Positions 50,351 through 62,419 of a DNA stretch of 64,000 nt are shown in pieces. The notes below the pieces were generated by a model. It was not told the origin of the DNA. It made no database searches and saw only the letters and a list, made by a program, of their open reading frames with translations. Numbering within the stretch: the stretch's first letter is position 1; each line of letters opens with the position of its first letter. Made by a program: the position numbers and the translations under genes. Origin of the DNA: Macrostomum lignano (taxonomy: Eukaryota); NCBI GenBank assembly GCA_002269645.1, contig NIVC01001761.1, positions 62,001 through 126,000 of the forward strand. The letters run 5' to 3'.

Positions 50351-50798
50351 GAAGATTGGCATCGATTTCGCCCGCCCTGAAGTCAAAACTCTGACACAAA
50401 ACTTGAAAAGCCTCCAATCCACTCCCAATCCAAACTTCTAGCCTTGGATCGCTTTGCTGCGCCCCAGACCCAGACTCCCCAGGCCTCCCTCCCATTGGCT
50501 GAGCCGCCGCCCCGCCACCCTCCGCCGCCTCCCCCCCCGGGTGCCCCGCGCGCGGCCGCCCCAACACGTCAGCAGCGAGGCTCTCCGCATTGCCCCACTT
50601 TTGGTCTGCGAAGCCACCGCCGGTCCCGCAGCCTCCCAGCCTCCGCGTCCGGCCGCTCCACCAGTTCAAATAGCAACTCCGCCATCCACTGCCGCCGCCG
50701 CAGCCTCCGCTATTATTATATCAAGTTTCAGGAGCGAAAATTTGAGCAAAGGACCAGACGAACTCTCGACAAGTTGTTGAATAAAAATTTCAACCCAG

Positions 50799-53700
50799 AT
50801 GACAACGGAAGACAACAGCTGCAGCAGCGGCAGCAACCCGAGCTGCCCAGCATCTCCTGAGTCCGCTGAGTCCGCCTCTCCAACTCCGCCACAGCGGGCG
50901 CCGGCCCAGCAGCAGCTGTCGGCTCGGGCCTCAGCCTTCTCCATCGACTCGCTGATGACGAAAGCGAAGACTTCGTTCCAGCAGCACCGGCCGCAGTTCC
51001 CAGTCCCGCTGATGAATCTGTTTCCCCTGCAGCGGCCCCTGAAGCCGCCGCCGCCGCCGCCGCAACTGCAGCAGACTCTTCAGCGCCGGAAGGCGTCCCA
51101 GCCGAAGCGGAAGCGCCGCTGCTCGCCCGCCGACGTCGATGACGGTGAAGACAGCGACGCTACTGACGAGCACCGTGGCGCCGAACTCGCCGTCTCCGCT
51201 GACGAAGACGTTGATGTCGAATTCGGCGATGACGACGAGACGGCGATGGCGGCGACGGCGGCGGCGGAGGCCGAGTCGGATGATGCGGGGCGCGAGGACG
51301 GCGAAAGCGAGGATTTCGGTGAGTTGGTTGCCATGACTCACCTACTGTCAGAGGTGGTCATGGGGGTCAGAGGTGGTCATGGGGGTCAGAGGGGTCATGG
51401 GAGGTCACAGGGGTCATGGGAGTCAGAGGGGTCATGGGAGTCACAGGGGTCATGGGAGTCACAGGGGTCATGGGAGTCACAGGGTTCATGGGAGTCACAG
51501 GGGTCATGGGAGTCACAGGGGTCATGGGAGTCACAGGGTCATGGGAGTCAGAAGGGTCATGGGAGTCAGAGGGGTCATGGGAGGTCACAGGGATCATGGT
51601 TGTTGCACTCGGTCTCACTTTGTCCAGCCTGTTTTATTTCCTAGAAACTGCAGCCGTGCCGAAAGCGCAGCCGATCAAGCCTCTCTCGGGTGCAGCGGCT
51701 GCGAAGCGACAGCGGATTAGTGGGGACTCGCAGAGGCGGCAGCAGCGCCATCAGCACCAGCTGCATCAGCAGCCGCAGCAGCAGCTTCCGGGAGACAGCG
51801 AGCGGCTCGCCGGGGTCCAATGCCGTCTGGACAACAAAGACCTGTGGGACCAGTTCAATGACCTGGGCACTGAGATGATTATCACTAAGTCGGGCAGGTG
51901 AGGCGGGCGTTTTTCGTTTATTTGATAATGGTGTTCTAATGTGTCCCATAGTGTTCTAATATGTTCTATATGGTGTTCTAATGTGTTCATGGTGTTCTAA
52001 TGTGTTCATGGTGTTCTAATGTGTTCATGGTGTTCTAATGTGTTCATGTGTTCTAATGTGTTCATGGTGTTCTAATATGTTCTATATGGTGTTCTAATGT
52101 GTTCATGGTGTTCTAATGTGTTCATGGTGTTCTAATGTGTTCATGGTGTTCTAATGTGTTCATGTGTTCTAATGTGTTCATGGTGTTCTAATGTGTTCAT
52201 GGTGTTCTAATGTGTCCCATAGTGTTCTAATATGTTCTATATGGTGTTCTAATGTGTTCATGGTGTTCTAATGTGTTCATGGTGTTCTAATGTGTTCATG
52301 GTGTTCTAATGTGTTCATGGTGTTCTAATGTGTCCCATAGTGTTCTAGTATGTTCTATATGGTGTTCTAATGTGTTCATGGTGTTCTAATGTGTTCATGG
52401 TGTTCTAATGTGTTCATGGTGTTCTAATGTGTCCCATAGTGTTCTAATATGTTCTATATGGTGTTCTAATGTGTTCATGGTGTTCTAATGTGTTCATGGT
52501 GTTCTAATGTGTTCATGGTGTTCTAATGTGTTCATGGTGTTCTAATGTGTCCCATAATGTTCTAATATGTCCTATATGGTGTTCTAATGTGTTCATGGTG
52601 TTCTAATGTGTTCATGGTGTTCTAATGTGTTCATGGTGTTCTAATGTGTTCATGGTGTTCTAATGTGTTCTATATGGTGTTCTAATGTGCTATATGGCTG
52701 TCTGTTGTTTTCAAAGCTCTTTGCATCTGCCGTTGCACACAAATCCATAATTACTGGACACACAATTGCGAAATTCAATTTTCCCAAATCTTGAATTTAT
52801 GGCCTCAGAATGCAGCATTTAAGTTAATTGAATTGCTAAGCATTGGCCCTTGCGGAGTCTCTGCAATGCAAAGTGGCCATTGAAGGCCAATCAGTGCCGA
52901 CTGTAATTTTCCCCAGTAGTATCGAATATCCCGCCTGCATGGCAACTGGCGGGAGCAGGTTGGAGGCGGTCTTTTTTCTTTCTAATAGCGCGCACAAGTC
53001 GCAAGCAGATTTTTGTATTTCATCTTGAAATTTTCGCTACAAGCGGATTTTCGGATTTTCCTTCGGTCGGCGCGACCGGCAGCGACAGCTCCGAAAACTG
53101 TCCGGGGGGGGGGGCAAGGGGGAAAAAGCAGATTTGAAGAGATGGCGCGCTTGATGGATCGCGGCTCTGGGCCAGCTGGGGCCGCCACGTGGCGCCTGCG
53201 CAGTTTATTGAGCCCCGCAGCTCTGCTGCCGTGATTAATTGGGATTTGGGATTCGTGTTGTTGTCTGCGGCGGCGACAGCCATGGGGAGGAAAGGACACG
53301 CAGCGGCATCTGCGGCGACTCCCCTGCGGCCCTACGTCACCGCCCCCTCCTCCCCACTTCCACGCGCTGTTGCTAGGGGGGGGGGGGAATCTCTAAAGCG
53401 AGTCGTTTCATTTAGTAAAGCAAAAAGATCGCAACTTTGTTTTTGCGCTTCATTTGTTGGAAAGTGATTTTTAAAACAAAATGCTTGGTAAGGGGATGCA
53501 GGTTTTGGGATGCTGTTGCGGCCAAAACTGGATTGATAATCGTATAGTTTATAGTTCTAGGGAAGTTTAGATTGAATAGAATAGTTTAGAAAGCAAAATT
53601 ACATTTTATTTTATTTATTTTTATGTCATATACGTTTGGGAATGTATTACGAGTATAAAGCCTGCAGGGAAATGTGCAGTTTTTAGTTTGGGAATGTATT

Positions 53701-56700
53701 ATCAAGCCTGGGAATGTGCAGTTTTTAGTTTGGGAATGTATTATCAAGCCTGGGAATGTGCAGTTTTTAGTTTGGGAATGTATTATCAAGCCTGGGAATG
53801 TGCAGTTTTTAGTTTGGGAATGTATTATCAAGCCTGGAGAATGTGCATGTGAAGAGCTTCCGCAACCCGCAGGCGGATGTTCCCAGTGGTTCGAGTGTCC
53901 TTCAGCGGCCTGGACCCGGAGGAGCGCTACCACGTGGTCATGGACATTGTGTCGGTGGACAAGAACCGCTACCGCTACGCCTACCACCGCAGCGCCTGGA
54001 TGGTGGCCGGCAAGGGCGACCCCGAGCTGCCGCAGCGGCTGTACATCCACCCGGACAGTCCGTTCACTGGAGACCAGCTCATGAAGCAGACGGTCAGCTT
54101 TGAAAAGCTGAAGCTGACCAACAATGTGCTGGACAAGCACTACGTGAGTCTGCTGCGATGGGGGCCATTGTGAGGCGTTGAGGCGCCTAATCGAAGTTGT
54201 GAGGCGCCTAATCGAGGTTGTGAGGCGCCTAATCGAGGTTGTGAGGCGCCTAATCGAGGCTGTGAGGCGTCTAATCGGGGTTTTGAGGCGCCTAATCGAG
54301 GCTGTGAGGCTAATCGAGGTTGTGAGGCGCCTGATCTAAAGCTTTTGAGGTCAAATTTGATTTCGACACCATTTGCCAGAGCCATGGCCTCAGACTCGCA
54401 GCCAAGCTCAAGGAACGAAGACTCACCGAATTGGCCCTGAACCCCTGTCCCACAGATTGTGCTCAACTCCATGCACAAGTACCAGCCTCGCGTCCACCTG
54501 CTCCGGGTCGGCCAGGCCACCGGCGCCGGCCTGAACCCGGGCTCCGGGCACGTCAGCAACTTCGCCGCGTTGCAGAGCCTGGACCAGAAGAAGTTCCAGT
54601 TCCCCGAGACCGTCTTCATCGCGGTGACGGCCTACCAAAATCAGCTGGTGAGTTGCCAACTCTCGTCTCGGTTCCCCGCGTGGCCGCAGAGAAGCTGGGA
54701 AGGCCCCATCAGGATCAGCAAGCCCCACTAATTGAATATTTGATGGGGACTTTCGTCTCCCACTTTTTATCGAGTTGGAGTCTGACTGGGGGGGGTGGCT
54801 AATCTCCGGCAGAATCTGCCCTCGCACCCGTTCATTATCCCGCCTCGCCTATCAATCACAACTGCCTCGCTCTCTATGAAGAAGAAACGGTCCGCGCCCA
54901 CGCTTTCGGAGAAGCGCGGCAACTTGTTGCAGAAACTGGAGAAAGGCTTGCGGGGCTGGGCGGGGGCAGGCAGGGCGGCCCCTAATTGGGCTAATCAAGT
55001 GAGGATTAATTCAATTCCGAGGGCGAAAAAGGGCCGACGCCTCAGTAAATCGCCTTCCCAAGTCCTCACTTTGACGGGGGGGCTAATCTCCCCGAGCACG
55101 GGACTGACTGAGGGATTACGGGCGGGGCCTTGGATTTCCATTCCCCCATATCAGCCGCCACCCGCTGTGCCCGACTTGCAGATCACCAAGCTCAAGATTG
55201 ACAGGAATCCGTTCGCCAAGGGCTTCCGGGACTCGTCCAGGCTGACCGACTATGAAAGGTGAGAAAATTGGGGGAGCTTTGAGAGTGACTGACAGAGTGA
55301 CTGACATGGAGTGATTGACAGAGAGTGACTGACAGAGTGACTGACAGAGTGACTGACAGAATGACTGACAGAGAGTGACTGACAGAGAGTGACTGACAGA
55401 GAGTGACTGACAGAGAGTGACTGACAGAGAGTGACTGGACAGAGAGTGACTGGCAGAGTTACTGACAGAGTGACTGACAGAGAGTGACTGGCAGAGTTAC
55501 TGACAGAGTGACTAGGAGGGAGCAAGCAACGCTAACTAAAATAAAGCAGTGTTACCAGTCAAATTGGGATCAAAGCCATGCAGTCATGGAAACAGAATCC
55601 CACAACTTGCAGGGGGGTTAGGCTTGGCCTTCAGAAACAGTGAGCCACTCAGCTTGACCGCCCCCCCGCCCGGCCATGCGGACAATTCGAATCGGGGAAT
55701 CGGAAAGCCACCCATGCAGGTGGATTATTGCAGTCGGACAGGAAAACGGGCATGCAAGGGAGGGGAAGATGAGGGAGAAAAATGCGATACCGGATGAAAC
55801 GCATTGAGATTTGGGGTAAAAAAGTCGGTAACTTGTCGTGTAGGGATTACTGGGGATCTGACCGGCCCACTTACCGCCGAGTAATGTAAGCATCACATTC
55901 CCGGTGCCCGCTGCCGGCACTCGAATCCCCACAAATCCCCTTCGCGCTCTGTTTATTTACGCGAAATCCTTGAGAGCTCAAGAGGCTTAGGGGAGGGGCG
56001 GGGGCGGCGCCTGGGATCAGACTCGGAAATCCGCAGCATCGGATTCTATTATTGCTAATCGATAATAAGGCCGACATGAATTATTGTTATTATCAAAGCT
56101 TTTGTTTGGGATGAGGGGGGGGCCGCCAGGCAGTCAAGTGGAGCCCGAAATCGCGAACCCCTCTCTGCCGTGGGCCGTGGAGACGCAAATGCCGGGATCG
56201 CCTCTCCCTGCCTCTCACGAGCCGCCCGCAAGTGGAAATTCCTGCTGCTGGTCTGGCCGGCGCAGCATGAAGTGGCACCTTTTTCCTGCGTGTCTTCCGC
56301 GCGGCGCCCGCCCACCTGATGCCTGTAGTGATTTTTCTTGTATAAACTTTCACTGCGGCCTTCTAACCGACGAGCCACTTTCTATACATCAGCCGGGGGG
56401 GGGGGGGTTGCGTTCATCGATACGCAGCTGATGGGGCCGGGCGGAGGGGGGGAAGAGGCTGAGGGCTGCAGGAGCCGCTGCACTCCCGCAGCTCCGACAC
56501 GAATAAGAAGTTTGCTTTTGCGAAAGCATTAAAAAAACAAGAAAAGACAGGCGACGGTAAAGAAAAGGCAAATTATCGAATCTATCGCTGGATCGCTGAT
56601 AAGGGAAGGCAAGCGATGTCGGAGTTTGAACATGATGAGGTTCAGATTCGATGCAGAAATAACAATGTCAGCTAGCAATAGCAGCGCCACCTCCACCATT

Positions 56701-57292
56701 GCGTGTACCTCGTATTTTCATAAGCACCGCCTGCACCGCCTGCAGGGAAAGCATGGAGCAGCTGCTGGCTCACTCCACAGTGAGCGCAGTGTTCCACCAG
56801 CACCAGCTGCAGCACCAGCACCAGCACCAGCTGCAGCACCAGCACCAGCACCAGCACCTGGCCTACCAACCGGCCTCTCCCAGTAGCGACGAGAAGCCGC
56901 CCGGCAAAGCTGGCGACAGGCTGCACGCACAGCCGAGGCTCTGGGCCGCCGCCGCTGCCGCAGCCGCCGCAGCCGCCGTGTCCAAGCCGCACCAGCACCA
57001 GCCGCCGTCTCAGTCGCCGTCGCACCAGCAGCAGCAGCCGCCGCCGCCGCCTCCGCCGCTGGGTGGCCTGCCGGCTCTGCCTCCGCCCGGCGGATGGGGC
57101 AAGCTTCCGCCCCTGCTGCCGTTGTTTCTGCAGCCGCCTCGGCTGCCTCTCGCTGCCGCCGCAGCGGCCGCCTTCCTTCAGCAGCAGCAGCACGGAGCTG
57201 CTGGGCTTCACCACCACCACCAGAACCACCAGGCCGAGCAGCTGCTGCACCACATGAGCGGCGCTGCCGCTGAGCAGCGGAGCAACCTTTGA
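50799..57292 (+). CDS. tbx20: T-box transcription factor Tbx20/H15/midline (6 predicted exons, 619 aa)
   Basis: Exons 50799-51318, 51645-51897, 53873-54143, 54456-54647, 55182-55258, 56746-57292 (1860 nt, phases compatible). T-box [113 protein letters not shown] and [10 protein letters not shown] are Tbx20-subfamily signatures; eh1-like motif AFSIDSLM near the N-terminus. Confidence 0.95.
51355..51595. repeat. 18-bp minisatellite GGGGTCATGGGAGTCACA, tbx20 intron 1
   Basis: Directly visible. Confidence 0.93.
51925..52695. repeat. 19-bp minisatellite ATGGTGTTCTAATGTGTTC, tbx20 intron 2
   Basis: Directly visible. Confidence 0.96.
53655..53840. repeat. 42-bp tandem repeat (about 4 copies), tbx20 intron 2
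   Basis: AAGCCTGGGAATGTGCAGTTTTTAGTTTGGGAATGTATTATC repeated. Confidence 0.92.
54168..54330. repeat. 20-bp minisatellite TGTGAGGCGCCTAATCGAGG, tbx20 intron 3
   Basis: Directly visible. Confidence 0.9.
55280..55512. repeat. 12/14-bp repeat GAGTGACTGACA(GA), tbx20 intron 5
   Basis: Directly visible. Confidence 0.92.
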
Positions 57293-57319
57293 TGTACAAA
57301 TAACTGCTGCGGCTTCTCG

Positions 57320-57321
57320 TG

Positions 57322-57370
<49 letters not shown>

Positions 57371-57420
57371 TAGTCTCAGTGTCTGTCTGTCTGTCTGTCT
57401 TTTTCTTAGTGTCTGTCTCT
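57320..57420. repeat. (CTGT)n microsatellite just after the tbx20 stop
   Basis: Directly visible. Confidence 0.9.
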
Positions 57421-58634
57421 CTGTCCGTCTGTATGTCTCTCTATCTGTCTCCTCCAGCCTCTCATATCTCAATCCTTACAGCAAAGAGCAGTTACCCAAC
57501 CTACATCCTCTCTCTATGAAACGGAAATGACCAATCATGAGATATTTTGGTCATTAATGCCTAGCTGTTCACATGTATAAAGCACAGTCTTCGGTGTGTC
57601 ACATACATGTATTTTTACTCTATAATTATTGTACATCGGATCAGTTGTGTGCATCACTTTAACGAAATATTCGTTCACTATAAAGCACTCGTACGCTTGA
57701 GAGTTTGCCTGCGCACGTCACCTACTAACAGTAGACTTTTCGATCTGTGAAGAAATGTTTTGCGAACAGTATCCTTAATAGAAATTGCCTGCATGTTTAG
57801 TCAGTAATAAAATACTCGATTTGCTTAATAAAAATGAACTTCTGCAATTTATGGCCTCACAAATCCGTTTAGTAACATAAATTCGGTGGAGTTGGCGGCC
57901 CCTCAGGCTCGGCAAGACATGAGATGGGCAATTCCACCAAGAGGCCGAAATTACTTGGCTGGTAGCAACTCTCTCTGAGCCTGCAGTCAGCTCAATCACA
58001 ATCTGATAGGGCGGCACCAGCACAGGGATGCTCGGGAGTGACTCAAGTGTGACAAATCGACTGTCCGTGAGCCCCGGTGTCCCCGCAGTCCCGGGTTAAT
58101 CCACAAGCCGCGCGGATGTGCCGAGCCGTAAAATATCTTTCCGAGCTGTCGCCCAGATAACAATCTGGACTGGCCGGAGAGGCGCCTCATCAGCCACGGC
58201 TGACGGCTCTGCCGCAGTTCGCTGTCGAACAGGGGGAGGCAGGATGATGGGCACCCGCCGCGATTAATTGCAATGTGGCTCTCTGGGCTGTGCTGTGAAA
58301 AAACACGGGGGACACCTCATACAGCGCTGCCGGCTCACTGCGACTCCCGAGGGCAGCCGCGATCTCACCCAGCTGATTGGAGGCAGTTCCGACTCAATTA
58401 TTCTTCAGTAGGGACTCAAGCGACTTTGAATTAACTTTGAGCAACTTGCGAGCTTAGACGGCCAGCCTGAAATACTTGAGCACTCCATTTCCATAACTGG
58501 CGTCAGCGCACCGCTCAGAGCTCGACACACGAGAATTCGATTGACTTATAGATAGCTGAGCACTCCATCATCCAGATGCCTAAGCGCTCCATCGAAATTT
58601 ACAGTTACGAGTATATCTCCGTACTCGTAACTCA

Positions 58635-58895
58635 GATACCTGAGCACTCCACCCAGATACCTGAGCACTCCACCCAGATACCTGAGCACTCCACCCTGAT
58701 ACTTGAGCACTCCACCCAGATACCTGAGCATCCTACCCAGATACCTGAGCACTCCACCCAGATACCTGAGCACTCCACCCAGATACCTTAGCACTCCTCC
58801 CTGATACCTGAGCACCCCACCCAGATACTTTAGCACTCCACCCAGATACCTGAGCACTCCACCCAGATACCTGAGCATCCCATCCAGATATCTGA
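58635..58895. repeat. 21-bp minisatellite CACCCAGATACCTGAGCACTC
   Basis: Directly visible. Confidence 0.93.
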
Positions 58896-59404
58896 GCACT
58901 TTTCATGCCGCACTTAAATAAAAGAACAGAAATCAAAAAAGGCCCTCAGGCAAGCAAAATGCCCATAAATCTCAGTTTTACAATAAATATAGAATACACG
59001 GTAACGAAAAATAGGCAATGAATTATTTGCAAATCGGAATTGGCAGCCCATCAGTTGTAGCCAACCCCAGAGCCTGCCAACTCTGTATTACATCATATAT
59101 ATTTGCATTATAGAGCCAGCTGTTTAAAAGTGCAACTGTGAGTGAAACAAAGACAAAACAAAGATATACAGGTGTAGAAATTTGAGGGCGAAGCCGCAGA
59201 GGCCGTTGCAGAAAACCGTCGGGACACCGGAGCAGAGAATATTTGCAAACTGAAAATAGCATGAAAATAAACAAATCGATTTTGAACTGCTTTACAGTGA
59301 ATAAAGACGAGGAAAAAAGAAAGTGCAAAAAAATAATTGAATTGCTCAAATCATTGCGATTCTGAATGGAATTTGTCAGCGGCAAGAAAAGTGCCGAGTA
59401 TGCG

Positions 59405-59945
59405 GTTGATTTGGGGCAGTTTTGAGTGCAGATTTGGGGCAGTTTTAAGTGCAGATTTGGGGTAGTTTTGAGTGCAGATTTGGGGTAGTTTTAAGTGCAG
59501 ATTTGGGGTAGTTTTGAGTGCAGATTTGGGGTAGTTTTGAGTGCAGATTTGGGGTAGTTTTGAGTGCAAATTTGGGGCAGTTTTGAGTGCAGATTTGGGG
59601 CAGTTTTGAGTGCAGATTTGGGGCAGTTTTGAGTGCAGATTTGGGGCAGATTTAAGTGCAGATTTGGGGCAGTTTTGAGTGCAGATTTGGGGCAGTTTTG
59701 AGTGCAGATTTGGGGCAGTTTCGAGTGCAGATTTGGGGCAGTTTTGAGTGCAGATTTGGGGCAGTTTTGAGTGCAGATTTGGGGCAGTTCTGAGTGCAGA
59801 TTTGGGGCAGTTTTGAGTGCAGATTTGGGGCAGTTTTGAGTGCAGATTTGGGGCAGTTTTGAGTGCAGATTTGGGGCAGTTTTGAATGCAGATTTGGGGC
59901 AGTTTTGAGTGCAGATTTAGGGCAGTTTTGAGTGCAGATTTGGGC
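59405..59945. repeat. 23-bp minisatellite GATTTGGGGCAGTTTTGAGTGCA
   Basis: Directly visible. Confidence 0.96.
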
Positions 59946-60584
59946 CTCTACAGACTGCGGTCCCTTCGCATTGTGGCCAAGACTAAACAAACAAAAAAGT
60001 AACTCAAATCAGATTAATACGGCACCTACACAATACTTGAAAAAGCAGAGGTAACTCCAACTTGCCGGCAAACAAGAATGACGCAAAAGACATGCAACAT
60101 TGAATAAATTGGGAAGAAAAGATGATGGAAAAAAATTGCTTCGCAAAGCAGCCACACGAATGCAGGGTCGGCAATGGCACAGGTTTGGTACAATAAACGT
60201 CAAATAAATAAATTAAAAATAAGCAGAGCTGCTCGTATCGTTACAGAAGACTTGCACACCGTCTCAGGCTTAAGCATGAGAAGGCGTTTTAAAAACAGAA
60301 GAGCGCAGGCCGAGCACAATTCACAAAGCACAGTTCTATATTTGCAATATAAACTGTAGACCGAGTTGAAAATACAGCGCATACGCTATTCATACTACTG
60401 GCTAAGTTGGACAGTAGTATAATAGGGAAAAAGTAGTTGGATTTTGCGAACGCATTGCGATTGTTAATGTTATTCGTGTAAAAATATCACAGAGATTTGA
60501 AGAATTCTCACCAATCGAATTAAGAAAATATTGCGCGACTGGGGTTTCACAAAACTGCTTTGGTGTGGGCTGTGTGGGGTGGTT

Positions 60585-60735
60585 GGGGTGGGTGGAGGGT
60601 GTGGGGTGTGTGGAGGGTGTGGGGTGTGTGGAGGGTGTGGGGTGTGTGGAGGGTGTGGGGTGGGTGGAGGGTGTGTGGTGGGTGGAGGGTGTGTGGTGGG
60701 TGGAGGGTGTGGGGTGTGTGGAGGGTGTGTGGTGG
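60585..60735. repeat. 18-bp G-rich repeat GTGGAGGGTGTGGGGTGT
   Basis: Directly visible. Confidence 0.9.
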
Positions 60736-61514
60736 GTTGCAAGTTAAAGCAAGCAAGTATTCTGAAAGCCAATTTGCAGTGAAAGTAAAAACCCCCAGCT
60801 GAATGATTAGAAAAGAAGAAGACGCAGACAAAAACACAACAAATAGCAGATGAGGAGTGAATGAAGCATGCAGGCAGCAGTTACAGTCTGTTTTAGGTAG
60901 ATTGCGTGCACAGTAAACAAATGAACCTTGAAGGAAAAGTACAGATCCGATAGATAAAAGCCAAATGTTAATAAATAACAGGCATTGCAAATTTGAATGA
61001 AAAAAGTAGCTCCAACCGCCTACTCAAAGTAGCGGAGAGCGCAAACGGAATAAAAAGTGCCACAGAAAACGTGAAGAGAAAAAATTAAACAAAAATACTC
61101 AGAAGAAGATCTACAGGCTGGGAAAAACACTCGATTAGACAAACAGAAAGCGGGTGCGCGTACGGATTTCTGACTAAAATGGTTGCGATAAACATGCCGC
61201 ACTACTGACAGTAAATTCAGTGCAGTAGACGCGTGATTAGCAAAAATATTACTCTATAATTTACAAAATATAGATTTAACTCTGAAAATAAATGTCAAAC
61301 AGATGCGCCCGCAAGGGACCAGCTGGATGCAATGCATTGAAAAGCTGCTTATAGTAGTATACACAGAGTAGGCATTGTGTCTGAATACAGAGTTAATTAT
61401 ACATAAGTTCACACTTGCAAAAATAACTCTATAAAATGTTTTGCCGATATCTCAGCTGCAGCGACCTCAAGTGACTTAAACAATTCTGAATCTGATGCTA
61501 GGGATATGACAGGC

Positions 61515-62375
61515 GACAGCCTCAAAATCTCACCCAGTGAAGGCTGACAGCCACAAAATCTCACCCAGTGAAGGCTGACAGCCTCAAAATCTCACCCAGT
61601 GAAGGCTGACAGCCTCAAAATCTCACCCAGCGAAGGCTGACAGCCTCAAAATCTCACCTAGTGAAGGCTGACAGCCTCAAAATCTCACCCAGTGAAGGCT
61701 GACAGCCTCAAAATCTCACCCAGTGAAGGCTGACAGCCTCAAAATCTCACCCAGTGAAGGCTGACAGCCTCAAAATCTCACCCAGTGAAGGCTGACAGCC
61801 TCAAAATCTCACCCAGTGAAGGCTGACAGCCTCAAAATCTCACCCAGTGAAGGCTGACAGCCTCAAAATCTCACCCAGTGAAGGCTGACAGCCTCAAAAT
61901 CTCACCCAGTGAAGGCTGACAGCCTCAAAATCTCACCCAGTGAAGGCTGACAGCCTCAAAATCTCACCCAGTGAAGGCTGACAGCCTCAAAATCTCACCC
62001 AGTGAAGGCTGACAGCCTCAAAATCTCACCCAGTGAAGGCTGACAGCCTCAAAATCTCACCCAGCGAAGGCTGACAGCCTCAAAATCTCACCTAGTGAAG
62101 GCTGACAGCCTCAAAATCTCACCCAGTGAAGGCTGACAGCCTCAAAATCTCACCCAGTGAAGGCTGACAGCCTCAAAATCTCACCCAGTGAAGGCTGACA
62201 GCCTCAAAATCTCACCCAGTGAAGGCTGACAGCCACAAAATCTCACCCAGTGAAGGCTGACAGCCTCAAAATCTCACCCAGTGAAGGCTGACAGCCTCAA
62301 AATCTCACCCAGTGAAGGCTGACAGCCTCAAAATCTCACCTAGTGAAGGCTGACAGCCTCAAAATCTCACCCTAG
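61515..62375. repeat. 31-bp minisatellite TGAAGGCTGACAGCCTCAAAATCTCACCCAG
   Basis: Highly homogeneous array downstream of the SAM gene stop. Confidence 0.97.
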
Positions 62376-62419
62376 AATGCGACAGTCTCCTGAGCACCCT
62401 GCACAGACGGGGGAACCCC

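Noticed and set aside
46600-50700. Possible tbx20 enhancers or T-box autoregulatory sites
   Set aside because: Non-repetitive sequence is compatible with regulatory DNA, but short motifs cannot be distinguished from chance without conservation or chromatin data.
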